Origin: a virus
Length of the DNA: 64,000 nucleotides
Virus record (IMG/VR): IMGVR_UViG_3300043410_001471
Coordinates: 1 to 64,000 of that record
Strand: one strand, 5' to 3'
Under the pieces are notes generated by a model. That model saw nothing but the letters and a program-made list of their open reading frames with translations, ran no database searches and was not told where the DNA came from. Made by a program: the position numbers and the translations under genes. Positions 18,285-27,918 of this stretch are shown in pieces (the first letter of the stretch is position 1; the number at the start of each line of letters is the position of its first letter).

Positions 18285-18316
18285 TTTGGCTATGTCCCAA
18301 AATCTTCGTATATTAC
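18285..18316 (+). promoter_or_regulatory. Bacteroidota-type promoter
   Basis: TTTGGCTATG...CGTATATTAC, 21-bp spacing. Confidence 0.45.
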
Positions 18317-18340
18317 ATATGTAATAAAAAATTAGAGTAT

Positions 18341-18670
18341 ATGAGTAATCAAAAATGGATAAATTCTGAATATATCCTTAAACAAATTTCAGAGATTGGT
18401 AATTTCAAAGGTAGTATTGATAAATTATCAGGTGTATTAGAGTGGTATGATAAGGATAGAGATTTTACTATCTTCGCTACTCCAAACTTTGTTAATGATG
18501 GTGAAGTACCTTTTGATATCGATAGAGGTAGTGGTTTAGAAATTTGGAATGTGTGTACTATTAAAATGGTTGATGAAGATGAATCAACACAATTCACACA
18601 TTATCTAAATGTATTAATGATGATTATGAATCATTACAGCGAATTCACTAAACCTACTGAAAATGTATAA
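18341..18670 (+). CDS. hypothetical protein
   Basis: ORF 18257..18670 trimmed to the first ATG downstream of the promoter (MSNQKW). Confidence 0.5.
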   Translation: MSNQKWINSEYILKQISEIGNFKGSIDKLSGVLEWYDKDRDFTIFATPNFVNDGEVPFDIDRGSGLEIWNVCTIKMVDEDESTQFTHYLNVLMMIMNHYSEFTKPTENV

Positions 18671-18820
18671 AACTTACTACGATGTTGAAATAGTATCTCA
18701 ATCAGGTGATACTATTACCTTTGATGGGTTATCTTATTCTCAAATGATGAAGATAGCACATAAGAATCCAAATTTACAATCAATCACTATCGTTAAAGAA
18801 TACGATAAAAAAATTAAATA
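18662..18820 (+). CDS. small hypothetical protein (52 aa)
   Basis: ATG ORF MYKTYYDVEIVSQ...; not in the ORF track. Confidence 0.25.
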
Positions 18821-18823
18821 ATA

Positions 18824-18985
18824 TGCAAGTAAAAGAATCAAAAACAAATTGGCACTTTAGAATTAGTGTAGTTAAATCCGCATTACGAATTGCCGCTGGT
18901 ATCGCATTATGTAAATCTGATATTTGGGTAGCAGGTGTGTTATTCATCGCAGCTGAAATATTAGGAGTAGTTGAAGAACTTTAAA
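18824..18985 (+). CDS. small membrane protein (53 aa)
   Basis: ATG ORF MQVKESKTNWHFRISVVKSALRIAAGIALC... Confidence 0.3.
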
Positions 18986-18994
18986 TTAATCAAT

Positions 18995-19243
18995 ATGAAA
19001 GTAAAATTAGAAATGATGGGTTGTATTAAATGTGGAGGTGATATGCCTGTTTTGCGATTCGCCAAATATGGTTACAGATCCTGTATTAATTGTAGTACAA
19101 CTGAAAAGGTTGGTGGTGTACCCATAACAAACCACAAAACTGGCAACACTATTCAAATCGTTCCCAAAGATGTAGCTGAGAATCTTATTCGTTTATCACA
19201 ACGACAAGGCTACGGAGTATGTAAGGGGATGAAACACAATTAA
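18995..19243 (+). CDS. zinc-ribbon protein
   Basis: CIKCGG...CINCS four-cysteine motif; internal ATG preferred over the overlapping upstream start. Confidence 0.45.
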   Translation: MKVKLEMMGCIKCGGDMPVLRFAKYGYRSCINCSTTEKVGGVPITNHKTGNTIQIVPKDVAENLIRLSQRQGYGVCKGMKHN

Positions 19244-19253
19244 AACTTAAACT

Positions 19254-19457
19254 ATGATAAATCTATTAATCGGTTATTGGGCATTAACAACAATCTATGG
19301 TGTATATTGGTTAATCAAACATCCATCCGAAAGACATGGAGATGATATGAATGAGTTTACATTGTTTGAAGTATTTGGTAAAATATTTCCATCAATGATA
19401 TTAGCACCATTATTTGTTCCAATGATGTTATTATATTCTATAAAATTTAAAAGATAA
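19254..19457 (+). CDS. small membrane protein
   Basis: 67-aa ORF with two hydrophobic segments. Confidence 0.4.
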   Translation: MINLLIGYWALTTIYGVYWLIKHPSERHGDDMNEFTLFEVFGKIFPSMILAPLFVPMMLLYSIKFKR

Positions 19458-19459
19458 AT

Positions 19460-19804
19460 ATGTTTCCTTTTATACTACCACAAACGATACGACCATATTC
19501 ATACAATAATTCATATGAGTATGATAGTAATTCAGAACAAACAAAAAAAGAATATTACAAACTATTAAACTTTGAACCTATGATAATAAAATTAAATGTA
19601 GCATCACATGGTAATAGATTCTTACCACAATTAGTAAACATTTCAATGATTAAAGAAATCAGAGGAGGGTATATTGATATGTACGGATTAACACCGGATA
19701 AATGGTGTGTTGGTAAATTCATTGATGATGATGAAATATGGATTGAAGGTTCATTAGATGAAATTCAATCTAAAATATGGAGAGAAGAAGAAATAAATAA
19801 ATAA
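19460..19804 (+). CDS. hypothetical protein
   Basis: 114-aa ORF. Confidence 0.5.
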   Translation: MFPFILPQTIRPYSYNNSYEYDSNSEQTKKEYYKLLNFEPMIIKLNVASHGNRFLPQLVNISMIKEIRGGYIDMYGLTPDKWCVGKFIDDDEIWIEGSLDEIQSKIWREEEINK

Positions 19805-19875
19805 GAAAAAGCTTGACTTGTATCTTATTATTTTGTATATTGTATTATAAATCGTTAAAACTTAAACTTTAAATT

Positions 19876-20343
19876 ATGGCTACTTCAAACTTCCACAATG
19901 TAAATGCTTCTCACATCTTCGCAGTTCAATTAGAAGATGAATTCGATTATGAATTTTTAGTAGAGAATTTAGAATCAGAATTAAATAATCATTCCGATTA
20001 TTCTGATTATGGTAAAACTGACCCAAACGAATTGAGGTCATTCCCATCCAAATCATTAGGTTCATTCAGTAATTCAACAATCATCGATGATGATGAGGTT
20101 GAGGTTTATGTTACACCTGTTATTCGTAGTGGATACTATGAAGGTTGTAACTTAGATTGGCATGTTCGTTACTATGTAAATGGTTACGAAGATGAAACAT
20201 ACGAATCACATCCTCGTATTCAAACATTGGTTGAATCATATGTTGAATATATCGAAAACATATTCAATCAATATTCACAACCATTAGGAGTTACTGCTAG
20301 ATTCAGTAACGGAGAAACTATTTATCACGCAATAAATCAATAA
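19876..20343 (+). CDS. hypothetical acidic protein
   Basis: 155-aa ORF preceded by a TATATTGT -7 box at about 19835. Confidence 0.55.
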   Translation: MATSNFHNVNASHIFAVQLEDEFDYEFLVENLESELNNHSDYSDYGKTDPNELRSFPSKSLGSFSNSTIIDDDEVEVYVTPVIRSGYYEGCNLDWHVRYYVNGYEDETYESHPRIQTLVESYVEYIENIFNQYSQPLGVTARFSNGETIYHAINQ

Positions 20344-20347
20344 TAAT

Positions 20348-20878
20348 ATGGAATTAAGTATTAGAGAATTAAATGAGTTAATCTATTGTATAGGCATAGC
20401 TCGAATGAATGGTCAGTTATTGGGTACAACGGTGGCTGATAAGTTAGAAAATAAATTGAGAATTGAATTGGATAAACGATTGGAGCCGGATTATATAACA
20501 TCCGAATCTTTGTTAAATAAATTGAAAGATGCGGCTGGAAGATATAGTGATGAGGTGAGAGTAAAACACATTCACATTGAGGAAGATGCATTTAAGAAAG
20601 TACTTTCTAGTGTAGAAGAACCTACAAACGAAAGGTTCAATGGAGTATCTCAATTCATATTGGACTTTGTTGAGGCAAATGGTGCAGTTAGTTTTACTGA
20701 AATGAATGATATGTACAAAGCATATACAAAAGGTAGTAATTCATTCTCACATATTTTAAAGGCATTACGAATACCTTATAAGAATAGACCAACTCGTAGA
20801 TATCTTAAAAAAATGCTTAATGGAGCATATACAATTGGAATAGCTAATCCATCCAATTGGGTAGTAGTTAATGATTAA
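20348..20878 (+). CDS. hypothetical protein
   Basis: 176-aa ORF. Confidence 0.55.
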   Translation: MELSIRELNELIYCIGIARMNGQLLGTTVADKLENKLRIELDKRLEPDYITSESLLNKLKDAAGRYSDEVRVKHIHIEEDAFKKVLSSVEEPTNERFNGVSQFILDFVEANGAVSFTEMNDMYKAYTKGSNSFSHILKALRIPYKNRPTRRYLKKMLNGAYTIGIANPSNWVVVND

Positions 20879-20890
20879 ACAAAATAAGTT

Positions 20891-21085
20891 ATGTATATTA
20901 TAGCAATTATATGGTTGATATTATCATTTCCAATCGCTTTAGAAGTTGATAGAGAAATGAAAAAAAGTGATAACCCATTACGATACAATATTATTGTAAA
21001 CATAATGATGTTTTTCAAAATTATAATTACTACTCCATTGTATTACACATTGTGGGTAGCTAGTAAATTCACTTCAAAGAAATAA
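20891..21085 (+). CDS. small membrane protein
   Basis: 64-aa ORF with two TM segments. Confidence 0.4.
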   Translation: MYIIAIIWLILSFPIALEVDREMKKSDNPLRYNIIVNIMMFFKIIITTPLYYTLWVASKFTSKK

Positions 21086-21088
21086 GTT

Positions 21089-21415
21089 ATGGTATTAGAA
21101 TCATTTTTACCACCTGTATCGTTTCAGTCAGTTGTAAATGGTCAATGGTGGTTAATCACTACAAAAGAATGGATTAAGGTTGATAGAAAATATAGTTGGG
21201 ATGAAATCAAAACTATGTGGCAACCTCTCACACCAAAGAAACCACAAACTACTAAACCATTAAACATATCCAAACGAACTTACAAAGTGGAAGGTAGTAA
21301 AGGTAATGTGTATAGTGTTAAGTATAATAGTGGAAGGTGGAGTTGTACTTGTCCGGCATTTGGATGGAGTAGAGGTAAAGAGTGTAAACATATTAAAGGA
21401 ATTAAATCAAAATAG
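21089..21415 (+). CDS. SWIM zinc-finger protein
   Basis: C-terminal CTCPAF...CKH motif (CxCxnCxH). Confidence 0.45.
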   Translation: MVLESFLPPVSFQSVVNGQWWLITTKEWIKVDRKYSWDEIKTMWQPLTPKKPQTTKPLNISKRTYKVEGSKGNVYSVKYNSGRWSCTCPAFGWSRGKECKHIKGIKSK

Positions 21416-21416
21416 T

Positions 21417-21596
21417 TATGATACCAATAGAAGAAGTAGAATTATTGATTAAGAAGTTACGAAGCCAATTACCTAAACCAGGTTCTATCCATGATATAAA
21501 CACATATTACGATGGTCGTAGGTATGGAGAACGGATGGGATATGGTTACGCTATTAATGAATTGAAATTATTGTTAAAGAAACACAAAACCAAATA
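21417..21596 (+). CDS. small hypothetical protein (59 aa)
   Basis: ATG ORF MIPIEEVELLIKKL...; not in the ORF track. Confidence 0.3.
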
Positions 21597-21600
21597 AGTT

Positions 21601-22020
21601 ATGAGTCATTTAAATTTAATATTATCATTTATAGTATTGTTCTTACCTAATGAATTTGAAAAGGAAGAGGAACGAATCGATGAGTATGTTGCTTCAGTAG
21701 CACCATCCGAAATCGTAACGGCTACTACATATACACCATCTGTTGAGGAATGTGATAGTACACCATTGATAACTGCTAGTGGATTTAAGATTAATCAGAG
21801 GAATCCAAAGAGGCATCGTATAATCGCAGTTAGTAGGGATTTGAAACGAAAGTATAAATTCGGTACTAAAGTTCGTATTAAGGGAGCAGGTAAATACGAT
21901 GGTACATATACGATTAGGGATGTAATGAATCCTCGTTTCAGAAAGAGAATCGATATCCTAATTGGTAAAAGGGATAAACAAAACAAATTTAAGAAGGTTA
22001 AGATATATAAACTGAAATAA
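21601..22020 (+). CDS. 3D-domain (MltA/RlpA-like double-psi barrel) protein
   Basis: ATTYTPSVEECDSTPLITASG...RIIAVS...GTKVRIKGAG...YTIRDVMNPRF...IDILIG pattern typical of 3D domains. Confidence 0.45.
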   Translation: MSHLNLILSFIVLFLPNEFEKEEERIDEYVASVAPSEIVTATTYTPSVEECDSTPLITASGFKINQRNPKRHRIIAVSRDLKRKYKFGTKVRIKGAGKYDGTYTIRDVMNPRFRKRIDILIGKRDKQNKFKKVKIYKLK

Positions 22021-22021
22021 T

Positions 22022-22471
22022 ATGAAGCACTTTAGTGAAAGATTGGACCAACGAATATTAACACAATCGGAATTGCCAGTATCATATGAAACTACCACCG
22101 GAAATTATACAAAGGTTGGTACTATTAAAATAAATGATTTGATTAAGAATCAGATTAAACAAATTGTAACGGATATAGAGAATACTAATTTCCCAGCTAA
22201 TAAGGATTATGGTATTAAGGTTACACAATTCCCATTATCAATTACCAAATTCGATAGTGAGGCATCTAAATCCGAATCATATGGTAAGCAATTGGTAGTA
22301 TCCCTAACAGATGATAATGGTGAATCCAATGGTAACGAAATATATTGTATCGTAAGGGGAGGTAATATTACTACCTTTTGTTTTGTAAAGAGTTACACCG
22401 GATATGGTAATTTGGAAACAAAGTTAAGAGTAGATGCTATTATAAAGAATTTAAAGAACTTCAAACACTAA
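22022..22471 (+). CDS. hypothetical protein
   Basis: 149-aa ORF. Confidence 0.55.
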   Translation: MKHFSERLDQRILTQSELPVSYETTTGNYTKVGTIKINDLIKNQIKQIVTDIENTNFPANKDYGIKVTQFPLSITKFDSEASKSESYGKQLVVSLTDDNGESNGNEIYCIVRGGNITTFCFVKSYTGYGNLETKLRVDAIIKNLKNFKH

Positions 22472-22484
22472 ATTGAAATAAGAG

Positions 22485-22781
22485 ATGTTGACGATACAAA
22501 ACTATTATAGAATATGTGAAAAGAAAATTCCATTAACTAATTGGCAGGTGGATTATTGTGCTGAAAGAGATGATTACTATGAGATTAAACTAATCAATAA
22601 AAATAATGGTAACGGCCGAAAGTTTCAATTGAATAGAAAATCCGAATATTCACAAACTGGCAAATGGGCATATTACTTTTCGGAAAATGGTAATAAACTA
22701 CCATCTGCTATAACTACGGATTATATGAAGGATATGAATAGCTTTTTATCGGGGTTAGGAACAATATTACAATACGGATAA
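22485..22781 (+). CDS. hypothetical protein
   Basis: 98-aa ORF. Confidence 0.5.
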   Translation: MLTIQNYYRICEKKIPLTNWQVDYCAERDDYYEIKLINKNNGNGRKFQLNRKSEYSQTGKWAYYFSENGNKLPSAITTDYMKDMNSFLSGLGTILQYG

Positions 22782-22811
22782 GATACTAACAATACAAAAT
22801 TATTTAATATA

Positions 22812-22862
22812 TAACCCATTGATTATCAATGAGTTATAACTTATTGACTATCAATGAGTTAT
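22812..22862 (+). promoter_or_regulatory. two tandem palindromic operator sites (CATTGATnATCAATGAGTTAT)
   Basis: CATTGATTATCAATGAGTTATAA at 22815 and TATTGACTATCAATGAGTTATGT at 22840; the same palindrome recurs upstream of other promoters. Confidence 0.45.
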
Positions 22863-23028
22863 GTATATAAACCGCTATAATATATCGGGTGGATTAACGA
22901 CCTTATTGGGGTATTTGAGGGGAAATTTGGGGTTCCCTGGCGGTTCCTGACTCCCTATATTGAGTATATGTAGGGTAGATATAGGTACATATTATTAAAA
23001 AAAATATATGAAAATAATTCCCCAAAAG

Positions 23029-23060
23029 TTTGGCAGTCTGAATATTATTTCGTACTTTTA
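23029..23060 (+). promoter_or_regulatory. Bacteroidota-type promoter
   Basis: TTTGGCAGTCTG...TACTTTTA, 21-bp spacing. Confidence 0.45.
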
Positions 23061-23071
23061 CTATGTAATAA

Positions 23072-23431
23072 ATGATAAACAATATGAAAACTACAAATCA
23101 AAAAGCGTTAGATTATTTAAATTCTAACCCAATCGTAAAGAATTTTATTGAGAAAGTAAATGAGACCCGTAAAGAAAGCTTCAAAGGTTCTTATATGGAT
23201 GGTAAAACCGATTTAATTGTTGAAATTGGTAATAAGTTCATTCGTTTATGGGCTGATTCATCCTGTTGGGGGTTCATTAGTAGAGTTGATGGTGATTTAA
23301 AAGGAGCACCTATTAAGAAGGGTGATTTGTTAAAACCAGCAACTTGGAAAGCTCCGGCTAAGCATGCCAGAGGTAACATTATCGATGGTACTGCACAATA
23401 CGGAGTATATGGTCCATCTTACATAAAATAA
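23072..23431 (+). CDS. hypothetical protein (alternative start 23084)
   Basis: 119-aa ORF; its leader TACTATGTAATAAATGATAAA is shared with the gene at 40662. Confidence 0.55.
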   Translation: MINNMKTTNQKALDYLNSNPIVKNFIEKVNETRKESFKGSYMDGKTDLIVEIGNKFIRLWADSSCWGFISRVDGDLKGAPIKKGDLLKPATWKAPAKHARGNIIDGTAQYGVYGPSYIK

Positions 23432-23605
23432 TTCAAAAATATTTACAAAAAAGCTTGACTTGTGTTGATATTTTTTGTATATTGCAGGGTAATTGAGAGT
23501 GAGATATGAAAAACATTATTTACCATTTGAACGATTTAATTTTCTTTGGATTTCGATTATTAAAACTTTTAGGATATTAAAATTTAAACTTTAAAACATA
23601 AAATT

Positions 23606-23872
23606 ATGAACTATTCAGAATTATCAAAATTGTCAGTAGAGGAATTAAGAAACATCAATCAGATTGTTGTTGAGTTAATCAAACAAAAGCGTACTATCCA
23701 ATCACTTGAAAAGAAAGTGGGTTTAAAAATCGGTATGACTGTGAAAGTTAATCACCCTAAATTAAAAGGTAGAGAGTTAGAGGTTGTTAAAATCAATCGT
23801 ACTAAAGCTAATCTGCGAGTTGTAGGTGGGTTCGCTAGTTACAATGTACCAGTTTCTTTAATTGAGTATTAA
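23606..23872 (+). CDS. hypothetical protein
   Basis: 88-aa ORF preceded by a TATATTGC -7 box at about 23478. Confidence 0.5.
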   Translation: MNYSELSKLSVEELRNINQIVVELIKQKRTIQSLEKKVGLKIGMTVKVNHPKLKGRELEVVKINRTKANLRVVGGFASYNVPVSLIEY

Positions 23873-23889
23873 TCTTAAAATCCAAAACT

Positions 23890-24120
23890 ATGAGTGAATA
23901 CAATTATTTTGAAAATGAAGAGTATAAGCGTGTTGAAGTTCTAATGAACGAAACCGAAGTATTAACATTTGAGGAGTATGAGTTGGTAAACAATTGGTTT
24001 CCAGCTTTCGCCAAAGATATGTTATTTCATAATTTTTGGAACAACACTTATCTGAATCTGAATGTGTATTCGGAAGTTGAGAAAGAGGAATATGACCTTC
24101 GTAAAGAAATGGGTTACTAA
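23890..24120 (+). CDS. hypothetical acidic protein
   Basis: 76-aa ORF. Confidence 0.5.
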   Translation: MSEYNYFENEEYKRVEVLMNETEVLTFEEYELVNNWFPAFAKDMLFHNFWNNTYLNLNVYSEVEKEEYDLRKEMGY

Positions 24121-24150
24121 AATATTATTAAAATCTAAAATTTAAAAGTT

Positions 24151-24528
24151 ATGGGATGTTTCAGTTTTATTTGTAAAGAAAGTGGTTTGCCAGTTGCTTC
24201 ATCTTCATTTGATGGTGATGCAGTTCGTATGTACTTACTTAAAGATGGTAAGGTAATTGAGGAAATGCGAGGACATTACGATTCGTATGGTAGGGTATTT
24301 AAAGCCGATAAAGAAGATTCATTTGAGTGGAAAATGGATTGGCATGCTGTATGTGATTTGATGTTCAATGATAACAAAGGTGATGGTATTGCCGTTATAT
24401 TAGAAAAGTATTTCACAGGTCAGATACCAACAACTCAAAGTGAAGATGATAGAGACCAGGGTTGGGGTAAACGAAATGGTGGTGGTAAAAAAATTAAAGA
24501 ACCCGTTCACATTATTTACAACTATTAA
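24151..24528 (+). CDS. hypothetical protein
   Basis: 125-aa ORF. Confidence 0.5.
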   Translation: MGCFSFICKESGLPVASSSFDGDAVRMYLLKDGKVIEEMRGHYDSYGRVFKADKEDSFEWKMDWHAVCDLMFNDNKGDGIAVILEKYFTGQIPTTQSEDDRDQGWGKRNGGGKKIKEPVHIIYNY

Positions 24529-24539
24529 AATTTAAAAGT

Positions 24540-24803
24540 ATGGATATCAGAGAACAATGTAGAGAGCGAGCTACTAAATTCGCTATTGAGTATGGTTTCC
24601 CAAATGTAAGTGAACATATTTTGGATATTATGGTTTCCATTATGTGTACGCGTGATAAGAGTTCTTATCCGGGTGGTGGATTTGTTGATGCAGTTATTGC
24701 TAATAATTTATATCTTGCTATGAGTAGAGCAGATACTGATTGTAGAAATAACATTTTCTTGCTAACAATGTGTAGAATGAATTGTTTTCTAAACGAATTT
24801 TAA
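24540..24803 (+). CDS. hypothetical protein
   Basis: 87-aa ORF. Confidence 0.5.
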   Translation: MDIREQCRERATKFAIEYGFPNVSEHILDIMVSIMCTRDKSSYPGGGFVDAVIANNLYLAMSRADTDCRNNIFLLTMCRMNCFLNEF

Positions 24804-24944
24804 AATGAATAGTTCGCATATATTTGACTGGATAGAATATACACTAGCAACAATTCAGTTGGTAGTTATGTTGGGTATATTAGGGGTAATGGTATCGCTA
24901 GTGTACAAAGATTATAAAAAGTTTGATGATAAAAATTATTACAA

Positions 24945-25463
24945 ATGAAAAGATTATTGGTACTGGCATTCATAATTGTATTTGTCAGTTGTACGAAGGA
25001 TGAAATCGTAGTTCCGAAGGATGTAGTTGAAATGAATATAGATACCCGTTTACCTAAAGATGTGAATGGGTATTCTTATTTCAAATTGTATTCGGCTGAA
25101 ACACAAAACATTCATACAATATCAGGTTCAATACGAATCAATGGTAGAATACCCGATGAACCTCGTGTGAAAGTAGAATGGGAAAACAATTTGTATTGGA
25201 ATTTAAAGCAAGGTGATACGATTGCTACAATAACTAAAACCTATTTAAACTATTATACAGGTCAGTTTGAAGTAGTTAAGTTACCATCAATGGTGAGTAA
25301 TGTGAACGCATTAGTACCTACAATCAATAAGGTATGTTACAATTCGGCAGATGGTAGTATCAATACAGTCATCGCACCCAAATGGGAAATGCGAGGCGAT
25401 ACTATGACCGTAGTGGTTCGTTATGGTAACATCGTAAAAAGTGAGAAAATTATTTTGAAATAA
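24945..25463 (+). CDS. lipoprotein
   Basis: Lipobox MKRLLVLAFIIVFVSC. Confidence 0.55.
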   Translation: MKRLLVLAFIIVFVSCTKDEIVVPKDVVEMNIDTRLPKDVNGYSYFKLYSAETQNIHTISGSIRINGRIPDEPRVKVEWENNLYWNLKQGDTIATITKTYLNYYTGQFEVVKLPSMVSNVNALVPTINKVCYNSADGSINTVIAPKWEMRGDTMTVVVRYGNIVKSEKIILK

Positions 25464-25484
25464 CAAATATTTTTCGTATATTGT
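25454..25484 (+). promoter_or_regulatory. Bacteroidota-type promoter
   Basis: TTTG at 25454 and TATATTGT at 25477, 20-bp spacing. Confidence 0.4.
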
Positions 25485-25508
25485 ATAACAATTTAAAACT
25501 TAAAAGAT

Positions 25509-25880
25509 ATGTTCAAAGCAATTAAAGAAAAACTCTGGCCTCCATATAAAATGAATGAGAAGGAGCAACTTACATTTGATGTTATCAAAATGTTATGTGA
25601 ACAACCTGATACGGATTTGAAGATTGCACCATTGACTGGTAGATACTTTATGACCAATAAACGATTATCATATTGGGCTAAGGTGGAAGATTTTAGTGTA
25701 TCGATTACAAATCATAAGTTCACACTTACCAATACAATCAATGCTGAATATCAAAAACTGATAACTGCTATGGTTAATGAATTCGTAGAAGCTGATAGAA
25801 CCGAATTCGAACAAACAATTTTTCAGAACGAAGTAGAATTATTACAATCTATTAAAGTAAACATTAAATTTGATAAATAA
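25509..25880 (+). CDS. hypothetical protein
   Basis: 123-aa ORF. Confidence 0.5.
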   Translation: MFKAIKEKLWPPYKMNEKEQLTFDVIKMLCEQPDTDLKIAPLTGRYFMTNKRLSYWAKVEDFSVSITNHKFTLTNTINAEYQKLITAMVNEFVEADRTEFEQTIFQNEVELLQSIKVNIKFDK

Positions 25881-26121
25881 TATGGGAGCAATGAAAGAAT
25901 TATTCATGCAGTATCAAGAAGAAATGCGTGGACAGGATGAATTTATAGATGATGCGTTTCACTTCCAACAATGGTGTGAACAAAAAGTATTTGAACAAAC
26001 CGAAGTGAGTGGTTCAATATTTCCGGATGATTTATTCTACGATGATGAGTATTATAAATCTACATATCACCCAACCGAAGAAGAAGAGGAGGCGGCATTT
26101 AAATTATTTAATAAAGAATAG
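25870..26121 (+). CDS. hypothetical acidic protein
   Basis: 83-aa ORF. Confidence 0.5.
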   Translation: MINNMGAMKELFMQYQEEMRGQDEFIDDAFHFQQWCEQKVFEQTEVSGSIFPDDLFYDDEYYKSTYHPTEEEEEAAFKLFNKE

Positions 26122-26122
26122 T

Positions 26123-26443
26123 ATGAATATATTAACTGAAATTATAGAAGTATCGGATGAAATAATCGATACACTTAGAGAGGAAAACTTTTTTGTAGAA
26201 ACACCATTCATAGATGAGTTGGGATTAAAACGAGAATTACAAAAGCACATGCAATACAATTGGGAACAAACCAATAGTATGCAGTTAAGTGATGAACAAT
26301 TCCTACAAATTGTAAATGATTTGATAGCTGATGGAATTAGTAATGGATTATCGGATTTAGTTGAGAGTGGGCATGTACAAACAGCAGTAAATGCTGATGG
26401 TGAAATAGTTTATTCATTAACCGGAAAACCTTTAGAGTTATGA
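26123..26443 (+). CDS. hypothetical protein
   Basis: ORF 26009..26443 trimmed to the ATG immediately after the upstream stop. Confidence 0.5.
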   Translation: MNILTEIIEVSDEIIDTLREENFFVETPFIDELGLKRELQKHMQYNWEQTNSMQLSDEQFLQIVNDLIADGISNGLSDLVESGHVQTAVNADGEIVYSLTGKPLEL

Positions 26444-26772
26444 TTTATGACCCAAATAACGAATTAACCGATACTGAATTATCAGCATTAAGTGAAACCG
26501 AATTCTTTGAATATTTGGATACTAAAGCCAAATACTTAAAACAATTCACTCGTCCTTTGGGTTCATATGAAACTAAACATTTCGCAGCTTGGACTAAAGG
26601 TGATAGTTTGAGTACCGATGAGTTAAAGAAAGCTAAAGAGATTGGTAAGAAAGGTGATATAGCTTATAACGAATCAATCAGAAACGCAGCTGAGAAGTTA
26701 GGTGGTGACCCAAAGTTCAAAGATGCTGGAATCAAAAATATCAAAACAAATCGAACTCAATGGTTCGACTAA
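26440..26772 (+). CDS. hypothetical protein
   Basis: 110-aa ORF with ATGA overlap. Confidence 0.5.
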   Translation: MIYDPNNELTDTELSALSETEFFEYLDTKAKYLKQFTRPLGSYETKHFAAWTKGDSLSTDELKKAKEIGKKGDIAYNESIRNAAEKLGGDPKFKDAGIKNIKTNRTQWFD

Positions 26773-26781
26773 CATAACATT

Positions 26782-27333
26782 ATGGCAAACCACATAGAAA
26801 ACTACATTAAGATTAGAAATGCAGACGAGAATGTTCTAAATGAAATCAAAAGAATATTTGAGTATGAAGCTGAAAGTACATACAAAACTATTCATACCGA
26901 AGAACTGGCACAAAGAGTATTTGGTGAGGAAGCACCCGTTGAGTATGATAGAGAGTGGTATGTTACCAAAGTAGGTACTAAATGGTTTTATGGTGTGGTT
27001 GAAGATTGGGATGTGAATGATATTACAATTGATATTACATCAGCATGGGACCCGATTAATGGTTGGTTGGATAGATTGGCTATAAACTTACAAGCAATCA
27101 AAGAAGATGTAATCATTGAGAGTACATTTGAAGATGAGGGGTTGAATTTTATGGGAGTGGCGTATTATTCAAAAGAATATTCAGACGAAGAATATTTAGA
27201 TGAAGAAGTTGATGGTGCCAAATTTTGGGATGATGATGAATATAGGAATGAGATATATGAAACCATTCAGTTAATGATGGAGGATATGCGAAGAATACAT
27301 TTAGAAGTAATTGAAGAACTTAAAAACGAATAA
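26782..27333 (+). CDS. hypothetical acidic protein
   Basis: 183-aa ORF. Confidence 0.55.
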   Translation: MANHIENYIKIRNADENVLNEIKRIFEYEAESTYKTIHTEELAQRVFGEEAPVEYDREWYVTKVGTKWFYGVVEDWDVNDITIDITSAWDPINGWLDRLAINLQAIKEDVIIESTFEDEGLNFMGVAYYSKEYSDEEYLDEEVDGAKFWDDDEYRNEIYETIQLMMEDMRRIHLEVIEELKNE

Positions 27334-27334
27334 T

Positions 27335-27706
27335 ATGAATTTAGAAAATTTCAAAACTGGTTTTAATAAACCAACAATCATTACGGCACAACAATATGGT
27401 ACGAAGGTATCAGTAGAATTAGACCATAGTGATACCGATATCGATGAACTATTTGATGTGTTCCAAACATTGGTAGTAGGATTGGGATATCACGAATCAG
27501 CATGGAAACAATGGATTGTAGATAGAGCCGATGAATACAAAGAAGAAGAAATTGAGAACGCCGTAGATATGGGAATCTATGAACCATCTCCCGAATTAAG
27601 AAGAGCAGCAGAAGAATATGTTGATATGTTGCAAAAAGGAGAGCTTGAAAGTGAAAGTGAGTTTGATGATTATGGTAGTAGGAAACCTAAAAAGAAAAAT
27701 AAATAA
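27335..27706 (+). CDS. hypothetical acidic protein
   Basis: ORF 27311..27706 trimmed to the non-overlapping ATG (MNLENFK). Confidence 0.5.
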   Translation: MNLENFKTGFNKPTIITAQQYGTKVSVELDHSDTDIDELFDVFQTLVVGLGYHESAWKQWIVDRADEYKEEEIENAVDMGIYEPSPELRRAAEEYVDMLQKGELESESEFDDYGSRKPKKKNK

Positions 27707-27708
27707 TT

Positions 27709-27918
27709 ATGGGATTCAATCAGTGCTATGTGGGTAATATATTACAAGTTCAAAAAGAATTGGACGAGTATGGTGTAGAAGAATTCGTTAGAAGATATAC
27801 AAAGTATGAAGCAATTACAGGTGATTCGGAGAGTATTGATTTTATCGAAGGTATTGTTAAAAAATATTATAATGAAAAATACATTACTAGTAATACTAAC
27901 TTTAATAGCATTAAGTAG
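27709..27918 (+). CDS. hypothetical protein
   Basis: 69-aa ORF; its 3' end overlaps the start of the lipoprotein gene. Confidence 0.4.
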   Translation: MGFNQCYVGNILQVQKELDEYGVEEFVRRYTKYEAITGDSESIDFIEGIVKKYYNEKYITSNTNFNSIK

